Positions 49,628 through 60,375 of a stretch of DNA of 64,000 nt are shown here, in pieces. Made by a program: the position numbers and the translations under genes. The DNA comes from Podarcis gaigeae (taxonomy: Eukaryota), in the NCBI GenBank assembly GCA_964106915.2, contig OZ066915.1; one strand, written 5' to 3'. Numbering within the stretch: position 1 is the stretch's first letter; every line of letters begins with the position of its first letter. The notes under the pieces are model-generated. The model saw only the letters and a program-made list of their open reading frames with translations. It ran no database searches and was not told the origin of the DNA.

Positions 49628-49856
49628 GGGGTTGCAATCAACGTAGTGCTAAGGTGAACATTCCACCAATGCAACCATTTTTCCTTGCATGATTGAACTT
49701 TCTTCCCCTTCCTCCCCTATGTCCTGGAGGTTCCCCAAAACATTCCGAGCAGATTTGGGGATGGCTTGAAGCATGCTCAGAGGGAAGAGGGGCGGAAATC
49801 ACCTTGGGTCAGTGCTAATGCTTGCGCTAGCACAAAATGTGTGTTGAATGTCACCC
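49628..49856. mobile_element. Probable Harbinger-like MITE
   Basis: Imperfect TIRs GGGGTTGCAATCAAC / GTTGAATGTCACCC with TTG on both flanks. Confidence 0.5.
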
Positions 49857-50673
49857 TTGGTGTCTCCCATCCAATCTTTCCCGGTGTAACAGGCCAAAGA
49901 AGAATTGGTTGGGTCCCCCCCCCCCCTATTTTATTGGCCTCTCTGTTGCAGAGAGGTTTGGCACTCTGTCTCTGCCCCAGAAATCCTTTAGTGTCCAAGC
50001 ACTGAGAGCATTATTGGGTTAAATCGGGGGAAGCACCTTGGGCACAAGCCAGAACTGATCCAAGTAACTACTGATCTAATGCAAGCAGCACCTCAAGTAT
50101 TGCTAATTAATTATACCTTATAAATGAATGCATATCCTACTGTAATTAGACCAAAGTGCCTTTTTTGTATTTCCAGGCAGATCTAAGTTTTTATGTTTTT
50201 CAGCAAAGACCAGATGACTTTATTAAAATAGGATTTGAGATATAGGGACAAATATCTGACTTGTGTTTAGCACTCTGGCAGGGCTTTTAACTTGTATGAC
50301 TGAAGCTAAGCCAGGAAACTCGCCACCTGTGTCTTTTGTTGTGCAGTGATGCTCATGTCCAGCCTGGACCTTTTAGGAAAAGCTGTTTGAGATTCAGAGT
50401 GAGGCCTTTCAAATATTTTTTTCCTATAATTGGGTGCACATTGCACTCCCAATTTAGTCGGGTTTTGGGGGTCAGTCTTGAAGACTACTCTGCACTGCCC
50501 TGTTTAGATACCATAGTCCCATTGATGGCTGAGGCAGCGGGCATCTTTCTCTCTTTAAGTAGTTTCCTTCCATGCCAATTCATTGCCTTGCCCCCTTGCC
50601 TCTGCACCATGTTTGTTGTTTTCCTAGTCAGGAATCCTTTGTGGAGAGGTACAGGCAAAGAAGAATACTTCTT

Positions 50674-51724
50674 TGAGTGTTCAGACCCCTGGGCTCTCAC
50701 TTGTGGGGTGCCTCAGGGTTCTGTCCTCTCCCCCATGCATTTCAACATTTACATGCAGCCACTGGGAGAGATCATCAGGAGGTTTGGGCTGGGTGTTCAT
50801 CAGTATGCGGATGATACCCAGCTCTACCTCTCTTTTAAATCAGAACCAGTGAAGGCGGTGAAGGTCCTGTGTGAGTGTCTGGAGGCGGTTGGAGGATGGA
50901 TGGCAGCTAACAGATTGAGGTTGAATCCTGACAAGACAGAAGTACTGTTTTGGGGGGACAGGAGGTGGGCAGGTGTGGAGGATTCCCTGGTCCTGAATGG
51001 GGTAACTGTGCCCCTGAAGGACCAGGTGCACAGCCTGGGAGTCATTTTAGACTCACAGCTGTCCATGGAGGCACAGGTCAAATCTGTATCCAGGGCAGCT
51101 GTTTACCAGCTCCATCTGGTACGTAGGCTGAGACCCTATCTGCCTGCAGACTGTCTCGCTAGAGTAGTGCATGTTCTGGTTATCTCCCGCTTGGACTACT
51201 GCAATGCGCTCTACGTGGGGCTACCTTTGAAGGTGACCCGAAAACTACAACTAATCCAGAATGCGGCAGCTAGACTGGTGACTGGGAGCGGCTGCCGAGA
51301 CCATATAACACCGGTCTTGAAAGACCTACATTGGCTCCCAGTACATTTCCGAGCACAATTCAAAGTGTTGGTGCTGACCTTTAAAGCCCTAAACGGCCTC
51401 GGTCCAGTATATCTGAAGGAGCGTCTCCTCCCCCATCGTTCTGCCCGGACACTGAGGTCCAGCTTCGAGGACCTTCTGGCGGTTTCCTCACTGCGACAGG
51501 CCAAGTTACAGGGAGGGCCTTCTCGGTAGTGGCGCCCGCCCTGTGGAACGCCCTCCCATCAGATGTCAAAGCGATAAACAACTACCTGACATTCAGAAGA
51601 CATCTGAAGGCAGCCCTGTTCAGGGAAGTTTTTAATATGTGACATTTTTGTGTATTTTTCATCTTTGTTGGAAGCCGCCCAGAGTGGCTGGGGAAACCCA
51701 GCCAGATGGGCGGGGTACAAATAA

Positions 51725-51772
<48 letters not shown>
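50674..51772 (+). mobile_element. Young 5'-truncated L2-clade LINE (RT C-terminal half, 3' UTR, (TTA)n tail)
   Basis: GVPQGSVLSP, QYADDTQLY, LNPDKTE, SRLDYCN, LQLIQNAAARL and LHWLPV motifs in ORF 50336-51529. The N-terminal ~110 aa of that ORF is chance read-through of flanking DNA. Confidence 0.95.
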
Positions 51773-52536
51773 TGTTGAGTTCACAAGAATCCTTGGAGCC
51801 ACAATGGTTGTAGAGAAGGGTGAGTTGCCTTGCCATGGGGTTCAGGTTACTGGCCACCCTGAATGGAGGCATCCACACTTGGCAGGTGGAAGAATTGCCT
51901 AAAATGATAAGTCCTTGTTAAAGCACAGAAACCTACCTGCAGTTCTGCATGTATTGTTTCAGTGAAAAGTTAAGAAGTACATTAGATGGTGTTGCTTCTG
52001 TTTAAACTCCTTTGCTTGTTTCTGTTTTCTTCATTTTCCCAATTTCACTCCTCTTTTGCTCTTGTGGGACTGGGAAACTGCGTGTTTTGTATGAAACCTT
52101 CTCCCACCTTCCTGGTTCCTTTTCTTTCTTCATAACAAAGCTGAGCCTATAAAGTTTAGCCTCCTACTCTTACATAAGGCATCTCTTTGCCTCTAGTTCT
52201 CCCACTCCCATTCTGCTGCAGCAACTAAGCAAAAGGTCCAGGCAGTGGGGAGGGGGTGTAATTAATACTGTGCAACATGCAGTATTATTAATTCCTTCCA
52301 TTCTGTATTGGTATTGCAAACCCCAAGTCATTAACCTGTGTGTGCTCTCACACTTCACCTTAAAACATTTTACTTCTGTAAATAAATTGTGCAGTTGCAA
52401 GATTGGTGTGGTTATTGCTAGCTCTCCAGAATAACTAGCTCTTTGCAGGTCAGTGCTAAATCCTCCAAAGTAAGCAAGCTACTAACAGCCAGTGCAGTCA
52501 TGTCTTTTACATCTCCATTAGGGATATGAAGAATAC

Positions 52537-53453
52537 AGTTGAGTAGGCTGAAAGCAAAGAGTAAGGTTAGCATAACTTCTGTCTTAGAGCTTCAGTATGC
52601 TGATGACAACATAGTGTATGCACACTCAGAAGATGACCTGCAAACCATCCTAAAAATCTTCCCAGAAGCTTACAAAAAGCTTGGCCTATCACTCAACATC
52701 CAAAAAACACAAAGTGCTGCACCAACAAGCGCAAAACAACCCCTCTGCAGTGCCACTAATCCAACTCTGTGATTGAAGCATAGCGTGTTTGAGGACCAGG
52801 ACATTCGCAGGAAAACCAAAATACATATTTACAAAGCTATTGTACTACCAACCTTACTGTATGCTTGTGAAGCACTGACCACTTAGAGGTACCATCTCCA
52901 GCTCCTCAAAAGATTCCATCAATGATGTCTCCAAAAAAAAATTATATATCACTTGAGAAGGCAGGTGAACTAATGCCAGTGTACTGGAAGAAGCAAAGAT
53001 CGCCAGTGTCAAAGCAATGATTCTTCAACATCAACATACAACTGGTCATGTTGTTTGGATGGCTGATTATAGTCCTCCAAACAATAATCTGAACTTAAAA
53101 ATATTCCAAACTTAAAAATGGAAAGTGTAATGCTGATGGTCAACAAAAGCGGTTTAAAGATTCTCTCAAGGCAAATCTAAAAAAATGTAGTATAAACACT
53201 GATAATTGAGAAACACTTGCCTGCGAGCACACCAATTGGAGAACAGCCTTTACTGAAGATGTTGTGGACCTTGAAGACAATGGAACACTAAACGTTTGGC
53301 AAACCCTCCCATGATCAACTCCTGCCCAGAAACCTATGTCCCCACTGTGGAAGGACATGATGGCCTCCACAGTCACTTACGGACTTACTGTTAAGACCAT
53401 GTTCATGGAAGACAATCTTACTCGGCTACGAGTAATCGCCAAATAATAATAAG
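52537..53453 (+). mobile_element. RTE-clade LINE (RTE-1-like, not BovB), truncated and internally deleted
   Basis: LSRLKAKSKV...ELQYADD...YKKLGLSLNIQKT, then TKIHIYKAIVLPTLLYACE; stops and frameshifts; (TAA)n-type tail; AGAATAC duplicated at 52530-36 and 53454-60. Confidence 0.88.
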
Positions 53454-55351
53454 AGAATACTATAAATCCCACTGCAGCCCTTGTGGGTTTCTCAGCTGTT
53501 GTCACAGCCCTGTCTACAATGAAATTGTCTTCCTAAATCTATTCACAGCAAGCAAGTGCTATAAATTAGTTAAGACAAACTTCAGAAAGCATTCATGTCT
53601 TGGTAAATATGCTTAGTGCTGAAGAGACAGGGCAATATGGAGAAAATTGTGCAAATATTAATAGAGGCAGCATGGAACTCATTATTCACCTGCCTAATGC
53701 CATCTGGATGTTCATGGCCCAGCAGGCATGGGGGGAGGAGTATATGTGAGGAGTAGGCTTCTTGCTAGAGAGTGGCTGGATCCATGGAGAGTGGGGTCAC
53801 AGGCTCTTAAAAGCGCAAATCAACATGCATTTGGGCTAAATGGAACTCACAATGGCAACGAACACAGATTACAATTTACCAGGTGGAGTTTACTATATAG
53901 TAGGATGTAACCATGTGGGAGGCCAGTTGTCTGTTACTATCATACCTTGTGGAGACAAAACATACCACCTCTCTGCTTCCCCAGATTTCTGAGGACAAGA
54001 TGAGACTTTATGAGGCATCCACTCCACGTGGCTTTCTTGTAATGTTCCATTTCACTATGTAAAATGACATCATTCTGCTGTGCCTCTAGCACCCAATATG
54101 ATGGTTCTACATCACACATCTGTGTTACACTAGACATTCTGAGGAAGAAAAGAAAAGATGCCTAGATTGGCAGTGCACCCTGAAACAAGGTCCTGATAGC
54201 TGTGTCTTTATTTTTATTAGATATAACTTGGAAGGTAGCAAATGTAAATTGGGTGCTGAAAGAAGCCCATGACACCATAAAACCTGCTCCCTAACACACA
54301 ATGAAAATGAATGCCAGAAGCTAAAAATGTGTAAAAGCCTTCATTTTATAAAAGAAGCCCTTAGCTAGCAATACTGCTATGTTGGAAGCCATTTTTCTCC
54401 CTCTCTAGTTGTGCTTTGCATTCATGAAAACTGCACTCAGATGCAGTTGCTGAAGACAGGGAGTAATTGCAATGGAATTAACCCCTGACATATTTTCCTA
54501 AGAATAGCCCTGATAAATCCACACATCAGCAGGTTACCCGCTTACCTTGATGCAGTGTAAACACTCCTTTCTTCCACCTTTTGAAAGGGACAGCATTTGT
54601 AAGTCAAATCACTCTCTGCCCAAGCACCTCTCTACTGTATTTTAGTTAAATGTATATTCCATTATATTTCACTTCAGAGTGTTTGAATATTATTAAATAA
54701 CATAATGCTTCCAGACATTGTGTTATAGAGGTGGGTTTGGGAGGTGGTCGCCTTGGAGCTGTAAATGTTGAAACATATCCCTGTGGGCTGCAGAAAATAT
54801 AACTACACATGTATGGCATGTGTAGTTTAGGCAGCACACCTAACACACACACTTAGTAGGGAGTAAATCCCATTAAACTCAGCAGGATCCACTTAGGCAG
54901 CAGATCCTTAATGTAGATCTTATGCAGGGCCGACCCAGCCATGAGGCATGGGCTCATTTGCTGAGGAAACACATTTCAGTTTGGTGGTGTACTGTACATT
55001 TGTATTTGAAGGGGATGAATTTCATGACTGGCTCCAGGTTTCGGGGGAGCCTTGGGTGAGAGGCTCTTGTACCCATGCACTTTGTCATTTGTCTTCCTCC
55101 CTTGATGCTTCAACCTCATTTCTTCCCACTACTGGTGTCCCCTTAGCTCTGGCCCCTTTCCTAAGGCTGAGGCTGAGCAGGGGAGCCAACAACCTGGGCA
55201 CCTCTACTCCTTCCAGGCTGTGGCCCTGTGGGCAGAATTATTTGAGAGAGGGGAACGGGGAAGAGGCTGAAAGGAACATATGAGCATCATTCTTTCCTCA
55301 CTCTGCTAACACTGCATGCCCTTCCCATTGGGAGATATATATACATATATG

Positions 55352-55526
55352 TAGTGCTTTTTTCTGGGGGGACGCAGGGGGACGCATAGCCCTAAACATT
55401 TTGTGAATCTTTGTAGTTTTGTCCATTTACTGTATTTATTTTTCCTGATTTGAACTATAAATGGTGATTTTTTTTGAGTCAAAATGAGGGTACCCCTAAA
55501 CATTTTTCTTAGGAAAAAAAGCACTG
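55352..55526. mobile_element. hAT-like MITE
   Basis: TIRs TAGTGCTTTTTTCT / GGAAAAAAAGCACTG; internal direct repeat ccctaaacatttt; no clear TSD. Confidence 0.7.
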
Positions 55527-55534
55527 TTTGTACA

Positions 55535-55570
55535 TGTGTGTGTGTGTGTGTGTGTGAATGAATGAATGAA
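55535..55570. repeat. (TG)11 followed by (AATG)3 microsatellite
   Basis: Direct reading. Confidence 0.9.
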
Positions 55571-56889
55571 CAAAAATATTCTTTGTTCACTATTGACATG
55601 AACATTCAGAATGAAAAAATGGTGTGTGTTTTTACTCTGTAATTAATAGAAGTTTAATCAAAAGATTTCGTGTCAGTGTAGATTCTCTGTGGTTTTGAAT
55701 CCATTATACTAGACAGTGTGATTGTTAAGAGAAGATTACCGTATATTGGAGTGAATCTAGGTGATGATGGAATACAGAGAGCGCTAATGAATAGTATCTA
55801 AGGTGGTATTTACCTATTGCTGCTTCCTGAGGATCTAAGTGAGAGGCAGTGATAACTGGCACATCATCCCATTTCACACTGTGGTTCCAAAGTTTGGCGT
55901 TTGGCAGATACTTGCTGGAGGAGACAACATTTTTCTAGACATTTTTAAAGCAGAATAAACATGCAACTTTGACTCTGTTATTATGAGAGATGCTGATATT
56001 TTTTCCTTGGAAAGCACTTTTTTCACAGGGACACTGCATTCTGTCAAGCAGCAATAACTAGAAAAATGCAGTTTGGCCTTCAACTGGCATGTTGGTTATC
56101 ACTGTGACTACAGCATGGAATGCAGTTGTAGTAACCTCAGGTGCCATTTCTGATAGTGCCTGTGACTTCCCGGGTATTTCCAGTACATGTTGTCAATGTT
56201 TAATGTAATGAATTTTTAAAAACTTCTTTAGAAACCAAGGATTCCAACTGATAGCAGGAACATTATTGTAGCCTTTAAAACAAGCAAAAAAGTGTTTACC
56301 TTCTTAGTTTGCTGCAACATCCAGTGATCCTTTCCTTCTCTTTGGAAGATGACATTGTACATTCTCCCTTTCAAGCATTAAGAGTGCACACCTCCCTAGA
56401 TTTCTGTACATCACTTGAAAATTAATAAAGAATAATGTTTAACAGACTATCCAGCAAGGTTATTTTCCCCTCTCCTGCAGCAAGACTGCTTCATCCCATA
56501 AATCACATGGGGCCTGGAGATTGCACCACTGGCCAGCCCTCATGAGATGCTATTTGTAAAGACTCGTGCTTTTCCCACACACCACCCCCCAGCCGGTGTA
56601 AACATTCCAGCCATTTATGTTGGTGACAAAAGCAAGAGTGTAATGGCTGACTATTTGAAGTGCTCATATAGATTTTAAATCTTGACAGTTCTTTGCTTAC
56701 AATGTCTATGAATTCGCTTTATGATATTCAAGTATAATAGAACATCCAACTGCTCCATAGAAATTCTGCAGGGAAGGCAAAGCCCTGACGGTGGTTGTTC
56801 CTGTAACCATATAGGCAATGAAGCCTTTAGATGCCTGTGCAAAGCCAGTTTGCAGTTAACTTAAATTGCCTTTGTCTTTTTCTTTTCAG

Positions 56890-56987
56890 CTGACATTATC
56901 TCTACAGTAGAATTCAACCACACAGGAGAATTACTAGCGACAGGGGACAAGGGGGGTCGCGTTGTAATATTTCAGCGTGAGCAGGAG
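56890..56987 (+). CDS. PPP2R2B: PP2A regulatory subunit B55-beta, internal coding exon (98 nt; phase 1 to phase 0)
   Basis: Polypyrimidine tract ...ctttgtcttttttcttttcAG, then (A)[32 protein letters not shown], then donor GTAAGT. FNHTG plus QREQE matches B55-beta (alpha has NHSG/QQEQE, gamma QREPE, delta NYSGD). Too short for the ORF track. Confidence 0.96.
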
Positions 56988-58397
56988 GTAAGTGCTGGTG
57001 AATGCAAAAATGCCCATTTTTATCCTTTTAAAAGAAGCTTCCTGCTGCTTCCTAATCTTTGCGTGTCAGTCTTCACCCTGCTTCTCTTCTAGCAAACTAA
57101 AAATTGCAAAAAAGTCCATTAACATCAATAGGCCAGCTTCTGTCTCATGAAGCACCCTGCAAATACCACATTTTCTGCATCCTTTTGCTTCCTTTAACAG
57201 TCAGTGCTGGCTGCAAATCTAATATAAACTGAATACTGCTGAAGCATCATAAATTCAAAGACACCCAACTGCCTTGTTTGCCCAGCCAAATAATGCTTTT
57301 AAAGTCTGATTTGTTTAATCATTAGTACGACTTCTCTTACTTCTTTTTCTTTTGCTCTCTCAACTGCTTTACTTTGCAAAGGTATTCATAGTCTTATTCT
57401 GGTAAACACTGATGCAGAGCCTTAAGCAACAGTAGTGATGCTGTTGCCATATGCCAGTGAAGAATATATTATAAGGTTTCACATATAATTAAACTCCATA
57501 GTGGAAGCACGGTATTGTCAGTTATGATTTCTTTCCATTTGTATAATTGCTTGTTGGATGTGTGTGTGTGTATTCTGTATAATTATTTAGAAAGGACAGT
57601 TTTTATTGCTATAGAATACACAACATGGGCCATTCCCAGAATATGATTCCCAAGTATATCTTTTTATTCTAATCTGTCCTAGTCAGCAGAGATATGTCTT
57701 ACCTGAATGGAAAGGTATTATTGGATCAAAAAGGCAGGAATTTGATAACAGCTTGAATTGATCCCACTGGTGCAAGCAGAAGACACTTCCACATGTAGAT
57801 GTGTGTGCTGAAGGTTTTCAGTTTCTTCTCATCTACACCCTACACAGACAATCCATACACTTGCAAAAAGGGTTTTCTTCAGTTAAGGGGATCATTCATT
57901 AACTCACATAGCAGGATTATTGGCATCTTGTGAATATCTCAAACTATGTAGGATCACTTTCATCTACCTGGGAGTAATGTCTCACTTGTAACATTTCAGA
58001 GAATGCTATGAGCAGATATTTATAAGAGCCTCTAGTAGAAATACTAGCATCAGGCACCATCATTTTAATGCAACACGTTATTTCTGGCAGAATCAGCTCT
58101 TATGAATGAGATGCCATTTTCTGGCCCCATCAGCTTGATGCAAGGGTGTTGCAAGGGTGGAAAATGGTCAATTGCTTTCCCCCAGTCATGGCTTGGTTAA
58201 AATGCATTTGACAAAAACTGATTTTCAATTAGTGCAATTTAAAATCTGAATGTTCCTGTCTCCAGAATATTTATGCTTAAGGCTTGCAGTACTGCCCCAG
58301 TGCTTAAGGTATTGGCGTCAACTCATTTACATCAAATGAATGCATGCAGCTGTTTCAGTACTTTTTTTTTTGCTGAGTACCCTCAATTGGGCTATTA

Positions 58398-58866
58398 CAG
58401 TGGCAATGCGTATTCCTGTGCTGCCCAAAGGGGGCGGGGTATAGAGGGCACCTTCCCACATGCCACAGTTCAGGGTAGGAGAGGGGCATGCTGCCCACTC
58501 TCCCCCTGCTCTCATCCGCCAGGCGCGCCTCGCCAGGACCGAGGTGGGATGCTCTCTGCCACCGGATCAGATATGACCCAGTGGCAGAGCTGCTGCTACC
58601 GGGCACGAGGTGTGCCACAGCTGAGGAGGATGGGCATCAGCTCTGCAGCCCACTCACCTCCTCTCCTCCCCCCCCCCAAGTCAGGCCTGACCCGGGGCGG
58701 GGGCAGAGCTGCACCAGGCACAAGCGCCGCAGCCAAGGCGCAGGTCCTTCTGGTGTGGAGCCAGGCTCCGATGAGGGAACCTGCTGTGGGGGTGCCTGTT
58801 TGCGCCCCCTCTCAAAATTGCCCCTGGGACCACAGCCCCCATGACAAACCCCACGCTACGCATCTG
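58398..58866. mobile_element. GC-rich non-autonomous hAT (Tip100-like) element
   Basis: Ends CAGTGGCAATGCGT / ACGCTACGCATCTG; 8-bp flanks GGCTATTA vs GGCTCTTG; abrupt GC-rich island in an AT-rich intron. Confidence 0.65.
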
Positions 58867-59398
58867 GGCTCTTGGAGGGTGTCATCTAATTTGGATCAAA
58901 CAATCTGATGAAGTTATGCAGGTTGCATATACTCCCATCTGGGTGGGGATTTTAAAACTTCTAAAATAATGTGCATCTTTAGCTGATTTAAATTTATCTC
59001 ATCAAGTGTTGAAGACTCATTGCAGTTACTTTTGTGCCAAATAATAACCATATGTGGTTATGTCACCTCAGCTATGAACTTACTAGTTGACCTTAGGAGA
59101 AGGAGTTCCCTTTGAAGTCTCTTTCCTTCCCATAAGCAACATGTAAGTAATAATACTGGCCAACTTTAGTTACAGGCATGGATCCTCTTTGAAATATCTT
59201 CAGGGAGCAAGGCTGAGAAATATCCTCTGGCTGAGTCTTGGGGACTAAGGGTGGGCAGACAAGGCAGCTCTGTAGGCCAGTGGTCTGATCTGACATAAGG
59301 CAGTTTTATATGTGGATTTTTACTGTTATAATGCAAAGTGCTTTGAAACAGAGTCCTATTTAAATATAAGCTGTAGTATTTCAAACATGTCCATTATG

Positions 59399-59493
59399 GG
59401 TTAGTTCACACAGTGAAGGGGGCTGCTGATTTCTCCATGTGACCTCTCATGTGCACAGGGGTCACGTTGGGGAAATCTCAGTGTGAACCAGAC
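59399..59493. mobile_element. Hairpin-forming MITE-like element
   Basis: Ends GGTTAGTTCACAC / GTGTGAACCAGAC; inner ~20-bp stem. Confidence 0.55.
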
Positions 59494-60209
59494 TGTGTCC
59501 AATTCAGCTCACAGAAGTCTTTTTATAAGCTTGCATCAGTGGGACAAAGTTTTGCTGTAATTGTGGAAATGGTTTCTGCCCACATATAACAGTGTACAGA
59601 CCAATTCACCCAGAGGAGTGTCTGTGCAATTCATTGTGTGTGGGAATTGCATGGAAGAAATAAGCAGATGGCTCGCATGTGTGAACTGGCCTTATGATTG
59701 GGCATCTGGATACTGTCAATTGGAAGTGCCTCATAGTAGCATAACAGCAGTTTTCAGGATAAAGGCAACTTTGGACCATTTTGTATGCTTTCCATTCCAT
59801 CCTGGTTTGTTGTTATTATTTTTAATTCTGTTAGGCCTGTAGGCAAACGCTGCATTGAGCTGTGATCCTGGGCATAAGCCAAGTAGGGTTTGCCCCTTGA
59901 TTTGAGCCACTTTCACACCTTGCCAATATGTTTTGGAGATAAACATCAGGGAGGCCCTCATTCATTCATGGAACAAAGGTCTCTTCCTGCTTCCTATCAT
60001 CAGCGTGCAGAGAAACTGACACACGAGGAGGATGCATTGTGCAGGAAAGATCTCTTGTGTCTGCTTTGATATCTAAACTGTAATGTGTCACCATAATCAG
60101 ACATTTCCCTGTCTTTTAACAATCCTCTGAGAACAAAAGAATCAATTGAAAATTTGCTAGCTCTGGCTCTTTTAAGAATCCCTTTATTGTTTCTTTCCCA
60201 CTCCCACAG

Positions 60210-60375
60210 AGCAAAAATCAGCCCCATCGCAGGGGAGAATATAATGTTTACAGCACATTCCAGAGCCATGAACCTGAGTTCGATTACCTGAAGAGCTTAG
60301 AGATAGAGGAGAAGATCAATAAAATACGATGGCTCCCGCAGCAAAATGCAGCCTACTTCCTTCTCTCCACCAATG
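60210..60375 (+). CDS. PPP2R2B: PP2A regulatory subunit B55-beta, next internal coding exon (166 nt; phase 0 to phase 1)
   Basis: Acceptor tttctttcccactcccacAG, translation [55 protein letters not shown](D), donor GTATGT. In frame with the previous exon. HRRGEY and NAAYFLL are beta-type residues. Confidence 0.96.

Larger units (their letters stand above)
1..56889 (+). other. PPP2R2B: Large PPP2R2B intron upstream of the ADIIS exon (5' end outside window)
   Basis: No known first-exon peptide (MEEDIDTRK... or MKCFSRYLP...) and no CpG island was seen upstream. This intron is very long in other amniotes. Undetected alternative or non-coding exons cannot be excluded. Confidence 0.7.
56988..60209 (+). 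other. PPP2R2B: PPP2R2B intron, 3222 bp, GT-AG, phase 0
   Basis: GTAAGT...CAG between two in-frame exons. Confidence 0.93.

Noticed and set aside
50336-51529. 397-aa ORF as a host gene or domesticated reverse transcriptase
   Set aside because: It is a 5'-truncated L2 read through from unrelated flank with a non-ATG start. It lacks the N-terminal RT motifs and endonuclease, and is frameshifted near the end.
1-56889. PPP2R2B first exons (B-beta1, mitochondrial B-beta2) or an SCA12-like CAG repeat
   Set aside because: No matching peptide, CpG island or CAG tract seen; presumably upstream of the window.
58273-58908. 211-aa ORF inside the short PPP2R2B intron
   Set aside because: Coincides with a GC-rich TIR-bounded element where stop codons are rare; no domain or convincing splice sites.
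58906-58935. Third hammerhead (CTGATGAAG plus TATGCA/TGCATA stem)
   Set aside because: The essential GAAA after stem II is absent.
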